A stretch of 64,000 nucleotides of DNA, from assembly GCA_963764525.1 (NCBI GenBank), contig CAVXTC010000029.1, forward strand, positions 143,447-207,446, in the 5' to 3' direction. The stretch's first letter is position 1. Every line of letters begins with the position of its first letter. The translations under genes were made by a program, and so were the position numbers. Below are positions 49,322 to 60,222 of the stretch, one piece after another. The stretch is from an uncultured Pseudomonadota bacterium (GTDB lineage: Bacteria > Pseudomonadota > Alphaproteobacteria > Acetobacterales > Acetobacteraceae). The notes under the pieces are model-generated. The model saw only the letters and a program-made list of their open reading frames with translations. It had not been told where the DNA came from and ran no database searches.

Positions 49322-49687
49322 ATGACCACGAACGATACCTATCTTGCCGTATTTCTCGGCAGCAAGACAAGTTCGCGCATGAAGGCGTGGATGGCGCTTC
49401 CCGAAGCTGAAAGGCGCGCCAAGGAACAGGAGGGCATGGCCGCCTGGAAAGCCTGGGTCGAAAAGCACCAAGCGGCGGTATCCGCCATGGGCGGGCCGCT
49501 CGGCAAGACGAAGAAAATCACCGAACGCGGCATCGAGGACGTGAGCAACGAGATGGGCGCCTTCATGGTCGTGCGAGCGAACTCGCACGAGGCGGCCGCC
49601 AAGCTGTTCGAGAAGCATCCGCATTTCACGATCTTTCCGGGCGAGTCCGTGGAGGTCATGCCCGTTCTGCCGATACCAGGCGCCTGA
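49322..49687 (+). CDS. conserved hypothetical protein (small alpha/beta, YCII/Dabb-like by appearance)
   Basis: AAGGAA then ATG 49322. MTTNDTYLAVFLGSK..MGGPLGKTKKI..FMVVRANSHEAAAKLFEKHPHF... I do not recognise a definite family. Confidence 0.55.
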   Translation: MTTNDTYLAVFLGSKTSSRMKAWMALPEAERRAKEQEGMAAWKAWVEKHQAAVSAMGGPLGKTKKITERGIEDVSNEMGAFMVVRANSHEAAAKLFEKHPHFTIFPGESVEVMPVLPIPGA

Positions 49688-49731
49688 TCGGCGGCAAGGT
49701 CCGTTCCGTCAATTCATAAGGATAAACGAAC

Positions 49732-50173
49732 ATGCCCAACACCGTACGCTTGCACCGCGTTCTGGCAACCAGCCCAGAGAAAGTCTATCGCGCGTTCCTC
49801 GAGGCGGACGCGCTGGCGAAATGGCTTCCGCCCAACGGCTTTGCCTGCACTGTGCATCATCTGGAACCGAAAGTCGGCGGCCGTTCAAAATGTCCTTCCG
49901 GAACTTCACAACGGGCAAAAGCCACGTGTTTGGAGGCGAATATGTTGAGCTCGTTCCGGGCGAACGCCTGCGCTACACGGACAAATTCGACGATCCCAAC
50001 CTGCCCGGCGAGATTCAGGTGACGGTGGCGATGAAGAAATATCGGTCGGCACCGAGCTGGACATCGTGCAGGCAGGCCTGCCGGACGTCATTCCACCCGA
50101 AGCCTGTTATCTCGGTTGGCAGGAGTCGCTGCGAAACCTGGCAAGGCTCGTCGAGCCCGAGATCAATCAATAA
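49732..50173 (+). pseudogene. SRPBCC/AHSA1 (Aha1-like START fold) protein, two frame shifts
   Basis: MPNTVRLHRVLATSPEKVYRAFLEADALAKWLPPNGF.CTVHHLEPKVGG | FKMSFRNFTTGKSHVFGGEYVELVPGERLRYTDKFDDPNLPGEIQVTVAMKK | SVGTELDIVQAGLPDVIPPEACYLGWQESLRNLARLVEPEINQ. Shifts near ~49885 and ~50040. Confidence 0.7.
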
Positions 50174-50517
50174 CACATTCATAGCGAGCAAAAGGCCGCC
50201 GGGATCGAATTGCTTGATCGACTTCCTAGTCTCCGAGCGAGGTTTCGCGTCTCATGCCCCCGGGGACCCTGTTGAGAAGATCGACATGCCGCGACGCCCC
50301 TATGACCGGGGCGGCTGTGGGCTGCACCAGCACGCGGGCGATTCTACCTCGGCGCCTTCGACTTGTATGTCCGATTTGGCGCAGCCATGACAGCACGCTG
50401 AATGGCAGGAGTGGGTCGGGAGACGACCCGTTCCGGCCATTCCCGTCAGAAGCCAGTTTGGCTTACCCATTGAGTTCGGCCCTCATTTCCTGTGTCTGGA
50501 GCGAAATCATGATATGC

Positions 50518-51003
50518 ATGGGCGATGCTATCCGCGTCTCTTACGCTCCGCCGGCTCGACCGCGAAGACATCCTTCTCCTGCGCAAGCTGAACATCGTGT
50601 TCGGCGACGCGTTCGACGACCCGAAGATCTTAATGTCGGCGAGCCACCCTCCGACGCCTATTTGAAGGGCTTGCTGGCGAAGGAGCATGTCGTTGTCATC
50701 GTCGCTCTCGCAGAAGGAGAAGTCGTCGGCGGCCTCGTTGCCTATGAGTCTCGATAAATTCGAAAGGGCACGACGTGAAGGACCGACATCTATGATCTTG
50801 CCGTCAGCGCAGAGCATCGACGACATCGCGTCGCGACTGCCCTGATCGAATATGTACGCGAGCTTGCTGCGCGGCGCGACGGCTGGATCATCTACGTCCA
50901 GGCCGACCATGGCGACGATGCGGCCATCGCGCTATATGAAAAGCATGGAGTTCGCCACGAGGTACTGCATTTCGATATTGGCGTGGTACCGCCTTTATGG
51001 TGA
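50518..51003 (+). pseudogene. AAC(3)-I-like aminoglycoside N-acetyltransferase (GNAT), about four frame shifts
   Basis: Reassembled ..[134 protein letters not shown]. It parallels my recollection of AacC1 (..[67 protein letters not shown]). Confidence 0.7.
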
Positions 51004-51261
51004 CAGACTTCATGATAAGGCCGGTGGCAGTTGGCACGGGGGCTAAACGTGTCATGCCTCGTCCGGCCACGCCGGCACAGCAGGGAGAAGCGGCTCCGAT
51101 TCAGGGCGCGGGCGCGCCGCGATGCGTCGCGATTTGCCCGATGTTGCCCGAGGGCCTCTCGCACGGTCGCGCGTCGGTTACTGTAAGGTATATCTGGTAT
51201 GCTCCTCATTACAGCGGCGCCTGCCTCAAGCGCCCGCCGCAGATCCGTTCAGGAGCGTTCA

Positions 51262-51956
51262 ATGACGACCTCAGCGCGACCTAACCACCGTGCCCTTGCC
51301 GCAGAACTCCGGCCAGGATCCTTGAAGGGCCGGGCCACTCTTCTCCCGAGGCGCGCCAGGCAGCGGCGCAAAGAGCCGCCGGCGGGACATCGACGCAGTC
51401 TCCCTACGATAACCTCGCGCGGCAAATCGGCGACTCCGCCCATGGTGTCACAGATGCACAGGTGGCAGGCGTCCTTGCAGTGACAGGCAGCGAGAAAGCC
51501 ACTTTCGAAATCATCATAGCCGCGGCGATGGGAGCAGGTCTCCTCCGCTGGCAGGAAGCGATGAGGGTGCTGGAATAGGCGACCGATGCGCCTGCATGAG
51601 ATCGACCGCCTTTTGTAAAAAAGTACCCACGGCGCCGTTGCCGCGAAGGAGATGCAGAGGCCAACGGTTGATGCGACGCTCGCAGATTTCCGTGCCGCGC
51701 CTATCGCGGAGAGTTCGAAGGCAACATTGGCTTTCTTGGACATTATGACGCTTCGGCCCACGAAACTACGTAGGGCATGCGAGGGAAGTGCTTGGCAAAG
51801 GTGTAAGCGCAGATGCGCTGACGGATGCAATCGCTGTCGGCGCGATCTTCAACATAGTCACGCGTGACGCCGACGCATCTTGATTTCACGCTGCCGACCA
51901 CGGATGAGTTTGAGCGTGCGGCAAGCATGCTTCTCAAGCGGGGCTATGCATCATGA
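51262..51956 (+). pseudogene. carboxymuconolactone decarboxylase (CMD/AhpD-like) family protein, several frame shifts
   Basis: AGGAG then ATG 51262. The fragments ..VTDAQVAGVLAVTGSEKATFEIIIAAAMGAGLLRWQEAMRVLE and ..GVSADALTDAIAVGAIFNIVTR..ADALDFTLPTTDEFERAASMLLKRGYAS-TGA (51954-51956) are readable only by switching frames. Confidence 0.45.
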
Positions 51957-52368
51957 CGTCGTGATGCAGTGTTTCCATACCAGCGACAGATTGACGGACT
52001 TCGACTGTCTTCCGCCCATACGTCTGCTTCTCCGGCGGCCTGAACCTCGAGAAGGCCGGGCTCCTCTTGCGTGGCATCGTCGTAATCCTGCTGCTGTTCG
52101 GCGGTTCAATGGATTAGTTCTCTCGAAACACCGGCAAAGAATGCGACGGATTGAATATCGCTGTCATTGGGTTTGACGTTCCGAAGTCCGACCGGCGGAC
52201 CGAGTTGGAGGTGCCGCTTGGGCAGGTCCGCTTCAGCCCGATCCGGCACGAATTCATCGGCGATGTGAATTGCCAGCATGCAGCCAAGCCCCAAAGGGTG
52301 GCCACTCGGTCAGATTTGACAGGCGCAAGGATTTTCCTTACCAAGCGATTAATGCCTGAGATGTCCGC

Positions 52369-52602
52369 ATGATCACCAGCAAACTCACCAGCGAAGCACA
52401 GACGACGATCCCACAGGCTGTCCGCACCGCGCTCGGCGTCAGCCCGGGCGACGAAATCGCATATGCCATCGCGGACGGGCACGTTCTGCTGACCAAGGCG
52501 GTCCCGCCCAAGCTCCGCCGCGGCACGCCGTTCGAGGATCCATTCGCCACCTTCTGGGAATGGGACACGCCGGAAGACGAGGAAGCCTTCGCCGACCTGT
52601 AA
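52369..52602 (+). CDS. type II antitoxin, AbrB/MazE/SpoVT (looped-hinge helix) family
   Basis: MITSKLTSEAQTTIPQAVRTALGVSPGDEIAYAIADGHVLLTK is a SpoVT-AbrB fold pattern, with an acidic C-terminal tail. 3 nt upstream of the toxin gene. Confidence 0.75.
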   Translation: MITSKLTSEAQTTIPQAVRTALGVSPGDEIAYAIADGHVLLTKAVPPKLRRGTPFEDPFATFWEWDTPEDEEAFADL

Positions 52603-52605
52603 TCC

Positions 52606-52974
52606 ATGAACACCGTCGTCCCGCTTTCGGGCGCCGCTCCGTGGGACATCGTCCGCGTCGATTTTCCCTTCGCGGATCAGGCCACGACGCGGCGCCGACC
52701 CGCGCTGGTCATCGCGGCACCACCGGCAATCGAAGCGTTTTCCGTTTTGTGGGTGTTGATAATCACCAGTGCCGCGCGAGGGCGATGGCCGTTGGATGTC
52801 CCCATTTCCGATCTCCACACCGGCGGCCTATCGCACGCCTGCGTTGTGCGGACCGCCAAGGTGACGACACTGGACTCGCGGTTGGCAGCGCGAATCGGCG
52901 AACTCTCGGCGGCGGACCGAGCCAAGGTCGGGGCTTGTCTCGGCAAACTGTTGGGCACCGTGCTGGCCGGCTGA
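52606..52974 (+). CDS. type II toxin, PemK/MazF-like
   Basis: ..PWDIVRVDFPFADQATTRRRPALVI.. is the typical MazF/PemK N-terminal beta-strand motif. About 120 aa. Confidence 0.7.
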   Translation: MNTVVPLSGAAPWDIVRVDFPFADQATTRRRPALVIAAPPAIEAFSVLWVLIITSAARGRWPLDVPISDLHTGGLSHACVVRTAKVTTLDSRLAARIGELSAADRAKVGACLGKLLGTVLAG

Positions 52975-53047
52975 CGCGTGGCCAGCCGGTGACTGCTCTG
53001 CTTATCCATTCGCTCGCCGCCGATTTCGGCAGCTTCCGACGCAGGCC

Positions 53048-53467
53048 CTATACAAATATCGTGGTGACCGGAATAATCACGCCCGGGATCGCCTCGATGG
53101 TCAGGGCGTCCGAACGGCCGGCTCGCGCAACGGACGTGTAGCTGTCGGCGACAGGCGATCGGTTAGATTTCCAACCTCCGCCGCCGCCAGGTGACGAACC
53201 ATACCTCAGGGATACCGCTGCGGGCGTAGAGCGCCAGCTTGACCTTGCGGCGTAGTCCACGCTGGCATTGGCAACCTCGACGGCCAGCATTGTGTCTTCC
53301 GCCCGCGGCAACGTCGTCCTGTAATCGTCGCGCAGTCTGATGATGGAGAAACCCGGCTGCGGCTCACTGTGCCGGCTCAGCCGGACCGGTTCCGGACGGA
53401 AACGATGCCGCGTTCGCCGACTGCCAGCATCCAAAAAGAGGTTGAGCCCATTGAGCAGCACTAGCAA
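53048..53467 (-). pseudogene. Uma2 (DUF820) family restriction-endonuclease-like protein, decayed
   Basis: ..LAVEVANASVDY | RKVKLALYARSGIPEVWFV | ..SDALTIEAIPGVIIPVTTIFV is readable only with two frame switches (~53200-53260). The N-terminal part upstream of 53467 is also broken. Confidence 0.4.
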
Positions 53468-53813
53468 ATGAAAATAAGTTGAATGATCTGTCGGGGCGCG
53501 TCACGCCCCTCCGGGAGCGTGACCCCGTTCAGCGGCATTTTCGGATCGTCAGGTCCCGGCATGACATAGAGTGAACCAGCGCAACGGATCACGCGTCCCG
53601 CAACAGCACAGTAACCCGAAAGCGCCCGCCGAATACGTGAAGCCCCCCGTTCCACCGCCGATTGACAGGATGCGACGCGCGTGGCTGACTGACCAACAGG
53701 CATTGCCTCTTCCGAGGCCCTGAACTCCCATCTGGATCATTGGACCGCACCGGCGCAAACGTCGCGCACCGGAAGACTGCCGTGATGCGCTGCCCGCGAA
53801 GGAGGAAACAACG

Positions 53814-55121
53814 ATGGACCACCCTCAGGCGCCGGCGCGCGTCCGGCGGGCGCAACGATCGGCGCTGACCATCCTGGTCATCGCCGGTACCCTGAATTAC
53901 CTCGATCGCTCGACGCTGTCGATCGCCAATCCGCTGATCCGCCACGACCTCGGCCTGTCGATCGCGGACATGGGGCTGCTGCTCTCGGCCTTCCTGTGGG
54001 CCTACGCATTCTCTCAGCTTCCGGGCGGCGCACTGGTGGACCGGGTCGGGCCGCACCGGCTGCTCGCCGCGGGGCTCGGTCTCTGGTCGCTGGCGCAGAC
54101 GGCCGCCGGATTCGTCACCGGTTTCTGGCAGTTCTCCATTGCCCGCGTGTTCCTCGGCATGGGGGAGGCGCCGATGTTCTCCTCCGCGGTGCGCGTGGTG
54201 CGGGACTGGTACAACGTGCGCGATCGCGGCCTGCCGACCGGGATCTGGAACTGCACGTCCTCGCTCGGTCCGGCGATCGCGCCGCCAATCCTGACCGCCC
54301 TGATGCTGACGCTCGGCTGGCGCTGGATGTTCATCGTCATGGGCGTCGTCGGGCTGGCGGTTGCCGCGCTGTGGTATGTCAAATACCGTGACGCCGCCGA
54401 GTTCCCGTTCGATGCCAATGAGCGGCACTATCTGCGCCAAGGCGAAGAAGCCCCGTCGGCGAACCGCGTCACGCTCGCCGAGTGGGGCCGGCTGTTCCGC
54501 TTCCGCACCACCTGGGGGTTGATCCTGGGGTTCTTCGGTGTGGTGTACATGGGCTGGCTATACTTGGCCTGGCTGCCCGGCTACTTCGAGATCCAGCGCC
54601 ATATGTCGATCCCGAAAACCGGGTGGGTCTCCGCGATCCCGTTCGCATTCGGCGTGGTGGGCAGCATAGGCGGGGGCGCGATCGCCGACCGTCTGATGGC
54701 CGCCGGTCTGTCGCCGGTCAACAGCCGCAAACTGCCGGTGATCGTCGGGTTGCTGGGCATGGCCGGGTTCACCATCGTGGCGGCGGAGACGCCGAGCAAC
54801 ACAATCGCGGTGGCCTGCATTTCGGCGGCGCTGATGCTCGGTGCCTGTGCCAGCGGGATGTCGTGGGCACTGGCAAGCGTGGCCGCGCCATCCAACTGCA
54901 CGGCTTCCCTGGGTGCGATCCAGAATTTCGGCGGCTACCTGGGCGGCGCGCTGGCACCCACGATCACCGGGTTCATCGTGCAGAGCACCGGCAGCTTCGT
55001 TCCGGCGTTGCTGTTGAGCGCCGGGATCGGGGTTGCCTCGGCGCTTATGTATCTGGTGGTGATCCGTGCCGAGCCGATCAGTTCGGCGGAACTGGGAGTG
55101 TTGGCGGAGCCGGCTGTGTGA
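53814..55121 (+). CDS. MFS transporter, ACS (anion:cation symporter) family, acid-sugar type
   Basis: AAGGAGGA then ATG 53814. ..LNYLDRSTLSIANPLIRHDLGLS..LLSAFLWAYAFSQLPGGALVDRVGP.. is typical of the glucarate/galactonate transporter family. Confidence 0.85.
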   Translation: MDHPQAPARVRRAQRSALTILVIAGTLNYLDRSTLSIANPLIRHDLGLSIADMGLLLSAFLWAYAFSQLPGGALVDRVGPHRLLAAGLGLWSLAQTAAGFVTGFWQFSIARVFLGMGEAPMFSSAVRVVRDWYNVRDRGLPTGIWNCTSSLGPAIAPPILTALMLTLGWRWMFIVMGVVGLAVAALWYVKYRDAAEFPFDANERHYLRQGEEAPSANRVTLAEWGRLFRFRTTWGLILGFFGVVYMGWLYLAWLPGYFEIQRHMSIPKTGWVSAIPFAFGVVGSIGGGAIADRLMAAGLSPVNSRKLPVIVGLLGMAGFTIVAAETPSNTIAVACISAALMLGACASGMSWALASVAAPSNCTASLGAIQNFGGYLGGALAPTITGFIVQSTGSFVPALLLSAGIGVASALMYLVVIRAEPISSAELGVLAEPAV

Positions 55122-55229
55122 TCACCGGACGGGGCGCGGCGTGCGTCGGCACGTGCTTACTCCAGCCTCATTTCAGGCCTACAAGGACGCCGAAATCGGC
55201 TGCGACGAACCATCCGGGGAGACGCCGGA

Positions 55230-55949
55230 ATGATCACCCTTTATTCCTACCCTGAGCTCTTGGGCGCGGCCGATAACAATGGCTACGGCCTCAAGGTGTT
55301 CACGTTCCTCAAGTTGGCCGGCGTGCCGTTCACCCATTGCCACATCTTCGACGCCTCGGCCGCACCGCGCGGGCAGCTTCCCTACATCGACGACGATGGC
55401 CACGCGATCGGTGACAGCGATGCGATCATCGCGCATCTCATCCGCAAGTTTGATTTGACCATCGATGATGGGTTGACCGTCGCGCAGCGCGACACCAGCC
55501 ATCTGATCATCCGCATGCTCGACGATCTCTATTGGGTCATGTCCTATTCACGCTGGAAGGACGAGCAGTTCTGGCCGTCCTTCCGCGATGCCCTGCGCCG
55601 GCAGCATCCGGTTCTGACGGAGGAAAGCCTGCTGAAAGCGCGGGAATTCAATTCCCAACGCTACTATTATCATGGCATTGGCCGATTTGCTCCCGCTGAC
55701 GCCTACGCGCGCGGACTCGCGGATTTGCAGGTACTGGCAAACCTCGTTCCGGCAAGCGGCTGCGTGCACGGACCGAACCCGACCAGCGTCGATGCGGCGA
55801 TCTACGGTTTTATCGCGAATATTTTCTTCTTGCCGATCGATACGCCGCTCAGGCAGTTCGTCACCTCGCATGCCAATCTCGTCCGCCATTGCACGGCGAT
55901 CCACACCGCCATCGGTTCAACAGTCGAACGCGTTCGCGAGCCGTCGTGA
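55230..55949 (+). CDS. glutathione S-transferase-like (metaxin/Tom37-type N-terminal domain) protein
   Basis: MITLYSYP..GLKVFTFLKLAGVPF..PRGQLPYIDDDGHAIGDSDAIIAHL.. is a thioredoxin-like GST_N pattern. Confidence 0.7.
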   Translation: MITLYSYPELLGAADNNGYGLKVFTFLKLAGVPFTHCHIFDASAAPRGQLPYIDDDGHAIGDSDAIIAHLIRKFDLTIDDGLTVAQRDTSHLIIRMLDDLYWVMSYSRWKDEQFWPSFRDALRRQHPVLTEESLLKAREFNSQRYYYHGIGRFAPADAYARGLADLQVLANLVPASGCVHGPNPTSVDAAIYGFIANIFFLPIDTPLRQFVTSHANLVRHCTAIHTAIGSTVERVREPS

Positions 55950-55969
55950 ATTTGGACCACCACCCCGCC

Positions 55970-56605
55970 TCACTGCCCCCGCAAAGGCCAGTCCTGCACA
56001 TCGATCCGCGGCATGTCGAACCGGTCGGTCGTCCGCGCGTACCACCCCCGCCCGTGCATCCGCCCGATCAGCTCCAGCTTCGGCGTATCCACATAGCACC
56101 GAGCCGGATCCAGCACGAATTCGTCACCGATATGAATCGCCAGCACGCGTCCCAGCACCACCGCGCGATCGACGCCTACCTCCACGATCACCAGCCGCTC
56201 GCATTCCAGCGAAACCGGGCTCTCCGCAATCCGCGGCGGCTTCACGCGCGCGGATGGCGCGGTGGTCAGCCCAGCCTCGATCAGTTCGTTCACATGCGCC
56301 GGGAAATCGATGGCGGTAACGTTCATCTTCTCGGCCAGCGCATTGCTGACCAGGTTCACCACGAACTCCCCGGTGCGGCGGATATTGCCGCCGGTGTCCT
56401 TCACGTCGCCGGGTGCGCGCCCGCCGATGCCGATCGCCACGACAGGCGGATTGCCGGACACCGCGTTGAAGAAAGAAAACGGCGCCGCATTCAGCGTGCC
56501 GTCCACGTCCTGGGTGGTGACCCAGGCGATCGGCCGCGGCACGACGGTCGAAACCAGCAGCTTGTACGCGTTCTCCGCACCGATGTCGGCGAAGTCGAAC
56601 AGCAT
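55970..56605 (-). CDS. flavin reductase family protein
   Basis: ..AYKLLVSTVVPRPIAWVTTQDVDGTLNAAPFSFFNAVSGNPPVVAIGI... ATG at 56603-56605. Confidence 0.85.
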   Translation of the reverse strand: MLFDFADIGAENAYKLLVSTVVPRPIAWVTTQDVDGTLNAAPFSFFNAVSGNPPVVAIGIGGRAPGDVKDTGGNIRRTGEFVVNLVSNALAEKMNVTAIDFPAHVNELIEAGLTTAPSARVKPPRIAESPVSLECERLVIVEVGVDRAVVLGRVLAIHIGDEFVLDPARCYVDTPKLELIGRMHGRGWYARTTDRFDMPRIDVQDWPLRGQ

Positions 56606-56735
56606 CACGATCCCCTCAGGCCCTGAATGAGCACCCGAAGCTGGCCGCCACTGGCGCCGCTGTCCAGCCGCGTTCACGGCGGATTAAGCCATCGCCCCGG
56701 CAGGGTAGGCCCGGCAGCCCTCCGGAGCCCCCGCC

Positions 56736-59106
56736 ATGCGCTTCCTGCGCGATCGCTCGATCAGCCTGAAACTCGCCATGTCGGCGGCCTGCGCGCTGCT
56801 GCTGCTGGCCGCGCTCGCGTGGTGCGCACAGCACAGCATGGCGGTGCTCGGCGGCGTGCAGGAACGGGTCAGCAGCGCCGCCGGTGCGGAACGGCAGGTC
56901 AAGCAGGCGCAACTCGCCGCCGAGCAGATGCGCGCGCTCAGCCGGGAGCTGCAATCCCGCCAGACCGTCGCCGACGTGACCAAGGTTCTCGCCCGCGCCG
57001 AGCAGGCGGGCGCCGCGGCACGCGGCATCCTGCAGCAGGTCCGCACGGTGGAAACCGACCGGGCTGAACGGGAGACCTCGGCGGCGCTGACCGCGCTGGC
57101 CGGCTTCGCCGACGCGCTGCGCCAGGAGGGTGAGCAGCGCAAGACGCTGATACTGACCCGCCAGAAGCGGTTGATCGAAATGCGCTCGACCTTCGAGCAG
57201 AGCCTCAGCTCGTTCGCCGACGAGCTGGCCAAGGGCGGCGTCAGCGCAAGCGGCGTCGATGCCGTTACCGGGGGCGGCAAGGTCGCCGTCGCCGCGCACG
57301 GTCCTGAGCGCGGCCGGCAGCGCGCTGACCGAGTATCAGCTCGCCATGGCGCGCATGCAGAACGCCGCCCTGCTGTTCCTCGCGACCGGCAATCGCGGGG
57401 CAGCGAACGAGGTGCGGGATGCCGCGACCGATGCCGAAGGCCGGATGGCTGCCTTGCTGGCCAGCGGCCTGCCGGACGCGACGGTCGGCGATGCACGGGT
57501 GGTCGATACGCTCGGCAAGGGCATCCAGGACGCCGCGCAACAAGTGCTGGATCAGTCCACGCGGCTGGATGAGTTCGTCGATGGCACGGTGGAAGCAGCC
57601 AACCAGGCGATGTCGCAGCGGTTGACCGCGGCGGCACAGGCGCTGGCGGACCGGGCCGATGCGGCACACGCCGAGGCCATTCAGGCGCAGCTTTCGGCCC
57701 GCAAACAGATCCTGTTCATCTCGGGCGGCATCGTGTTCGTGCTGCTGCTGTCCAGCGCGATCACCGGGCGCGCGATCTCCCGGCCGATCCGGGCCATGAC
57801 CGCGCAGGTGCAGGCCATGGCGGATGGCGACACGTCGGTCTCGTTCGGCCATGCCGGCCGGCGCGACGAGGTGGGCCGCATGGCGGCGGCGTTGGAAATC
57901 CTGCGCGGCGTGGTCGAGGACGCCTTCATCAAGCGCGAGATGATCCGGCAGTTCCCCCTCGGCATGATGCTGGCCGAGGGAACCGGCGAGTTCCGCATCA
58001 CCTTCGCCAATCCGGAAGCCACGCAGATGCTGAAGCTGGTGCAGGACCAGTTCGCTGCGGACCCGGACGACCTTGCCGGGGCAAGCCTGATCCGGTTCTA
58101 CCCGGACCCGGAGCGGCAGCGCGCGCTGCTGGCCGATCCGGCCTGCCTGCCGGACCGCGCGCGCATCACGCTGGGCGCTGAAACGTTCGAGCTCACCGCC
58201 TCGGCCATTACCGACCGGACCGGCGCCTATGTCGGGCCGATGGTGACCTGGCACCGCATCACCGGACAGGTGGCGCTGGTGCAGCAGTTCGAACGCAGCA
58301 TCGGGCAGGTGGCCCAGGTGGTCGGCAGCCAGGCCGGCAAGATGCAAACCACCGCGCGGGCGATGAGCGAGTCGGCGGACGACACCGGTCAGCGGACCGC
58401 GGCGGTGGCCAGCGCCTCCACCCAGGCTGCGGCGAACGTCGATTCGGTCGCGGCGAGTGCGGAGGAACTGGCTTCCTCGGTGGCCGAGATCGCCCGGCAG
58501 GTGTCGGAATCGGCGCGCATCGCCGGACAGGCGGTGCGCGAGGCGGCGGCGGCGGATCAGCGCATGAGCGGGCTGAGCCAGGCGGCGGGGCGCATCGGCG
58601 ACGTGGTGCGGCTGATCGGCGATATTGCCGGACGCACCAACCTCCTGGCGCTGAACGCCACTATCGAGGCGGCGCGTGCCGGCGAAGCCGGCAAGGGGTT
58701 CGCCGTGGTGGCCGGCGAGGTCAAGACGCTGGCCACCCAGACCGCGCGCGCCACCGAGGAAATCGCCGCGCAGATCGCCGCGATGCAGGGCGCCACCGGC
58801 CAAGCGGCCGAGGCGTTGCGGTCGATCGGCGAGACCATCCAGCGCATGAGCGAGATCGCTACCGCAATCGCCGGGGCGACCGAGGAGCAGGGGGCGGCCA
58901 CGCGGGAGATCGCCCGCGCCGTGCAGCAGGCGGCGGCGGGAACCGCGGAGGTGACCAGCAACATCGCGCTGGTCGCAGAGGCGGTGAACGGCACCAGCGG
59001 CCAGGCTGGGCAGGCGCTGGCGGCGGCGACCGAGCTGGCCGGCCAGTCCGAGACGCTGCGCATCGAGGCCGAGCGCTTCCTGAGCGCGATTCAGGCGGCT
59101 GCGTAG
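56736..59106 (+). CDS. methyl-accepting chemotaxis protein (periplasmic helical sensor, HAMP, PAS-like, MCP signalling domain), one frame shift
   Basis: TM1 [21 protein letters not shown]2 [22 protein letters not shown] ..[17 protein letters not shown]... Highly conserved ..[38 protein letters not shown]... ORFs 56736..57572 and 57259..59106 join with a shift near ~57290. Confidence 0.85.
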
Positions 59107-59282
59107 GGTCATCCCGGCTACCAATTGATATCAACCGGCCCGCACTGCAGGCGCGTGGAGCGATCGCCGGATCCCGGGATGATGGTGGGTTGCGCTCCGC
59201 TCCACCCACCCTACGGCGACTTGTATGCCATCACGGGCGCCGCAGGCCGCGTCTGCCGTACCCTCGTGCAGTCGTTCCCGTA

Positions 59283-60110
59283 TCAGCGCATCACGTTCTC
59301 GCCGCGGCGGCGCGGATATGCCGACGGTGCCGCCGAGGCGCCCGCATCGACCGGCAGCACGATACCGGTCACCCAGCGCGCCTCGTCGCTGACCAGATAA
59401 AGCACGCCGTTGCCGACATCCCAGCCGGCGCCCTCCACCTTCAACAGCGAGCGATTCTTGCGCGCCTCGCGGACCTCCTCGGTCATGCCATCGGCATAGA
59501 CCATCGGCGTATAGACCATGCCCGGCGCGACGGCGTTGACGCGGATACCCTCGGCGGCGTGGTGCGCGGCCATGGCGCGGGTCATGTTCACCACCGCGCC
59601 TTTCGACGTGGGGTACAGCAGCGCCGGGTGGCCGCCGAACAGCCCGGCGTACGACGCGATGTTGACGATCGCCCCGCCGCCGGCCTTCACCATCTCGGGG
59701 ATGGCAAATTTCGCCATCAGCATCATCGAGGTGACATTGACCCGAAGCGCCCGGTCCCAGGCCTCGACATCCACCTCCACGGCGCTGCCGGGCGGGCCTG
59801 AGATACCGACATTGTTGACCAGGATATCGAGGCGGCCCCACCGCGCCACGGTGTCGTTGACGATGCGCGCGCAATCGGCGGCCACTGTGACGTCGGCCAG
59901 CACTGTCGCGCTGCTGCCGCCTTCCTCGGCGATCATCGCGGCGGTGCGTTCGACCCAGTCCGGCACCTGATCGACCAGCGTCACTTTGGCACCGTGGCGG
60001 GCGAGCAGGATCGAGGTGGCTCGCCCATTGCCGATCCCGTCCGCCCGCGAGCCGGCGCCGGTGACGATCGCCACCTTGCCCGCCAGCCGTCCATCACCTT
60101 GTGTCGCCAT
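59283..60110 (-). CDS. SDR family oxidoreductase (FabG-like)
   Basis: AGGAGG then ATG 60108-60110. Cofactor motif VTGAGSRADGIG, NNVG, and catalytic YPTSK (YxxxK). Confidence 0.85.
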   Translation of the reverse strand: MATQGDGRLAGKVAIVTGAGSRADGIGNGRATSILLARHGAKVTLVDQVPDWVERTAAMIAEEGGSSATVLADVTVAADCARIVNDTVARWGRLDILVNNVGISGPPGSAVEVDVEAWDRALRVNVTSMMLMAKFAIPEMVKAGGGAIVNIASYAGLFGGHPALLYPTSKGAVVNMTRAMAAHHAAEGIRVNAVAPGMVYTPMVYADGMTEEVREARKNRSLLKVEGAGWDVGNGVLYLVSDEARWVTGIVLPVDAGASAAPSAYPRRRGENVMR

Positions 60111-60222
60111 GCCCACCTCCTGTTCTGGTTGCGCGGATATCCTGCCGCCGGGATCGCCCGGCGTGAATGCCGCGACAGCCACGTAAGCCGCCGGTAAGCT
60201 TGGCGCGCAAGGTTGCAAACCG

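Noticed and set aside
51249-51830. 193-aa minus-strand ORF in the decayed island
   Set aside because: No family resemblance. The + strand carries recognisable (though frame-shifted) CMD/AhpD-like segments, so I assign coding potential to the + strand.
53589-54440. 283-aa minus-strand ORF
   Set aside because: Antisense to the ACS-family MFS transporter. Arg/Pro/Gly-rich.
57265-59124. 619-aa minus-strand ORF
   Set aside because: Exactly antisense to the chemoreceptor gene, which carries the unmistakable MCP signalling motif. Low-complexity Arg/Gly/Leu composition.
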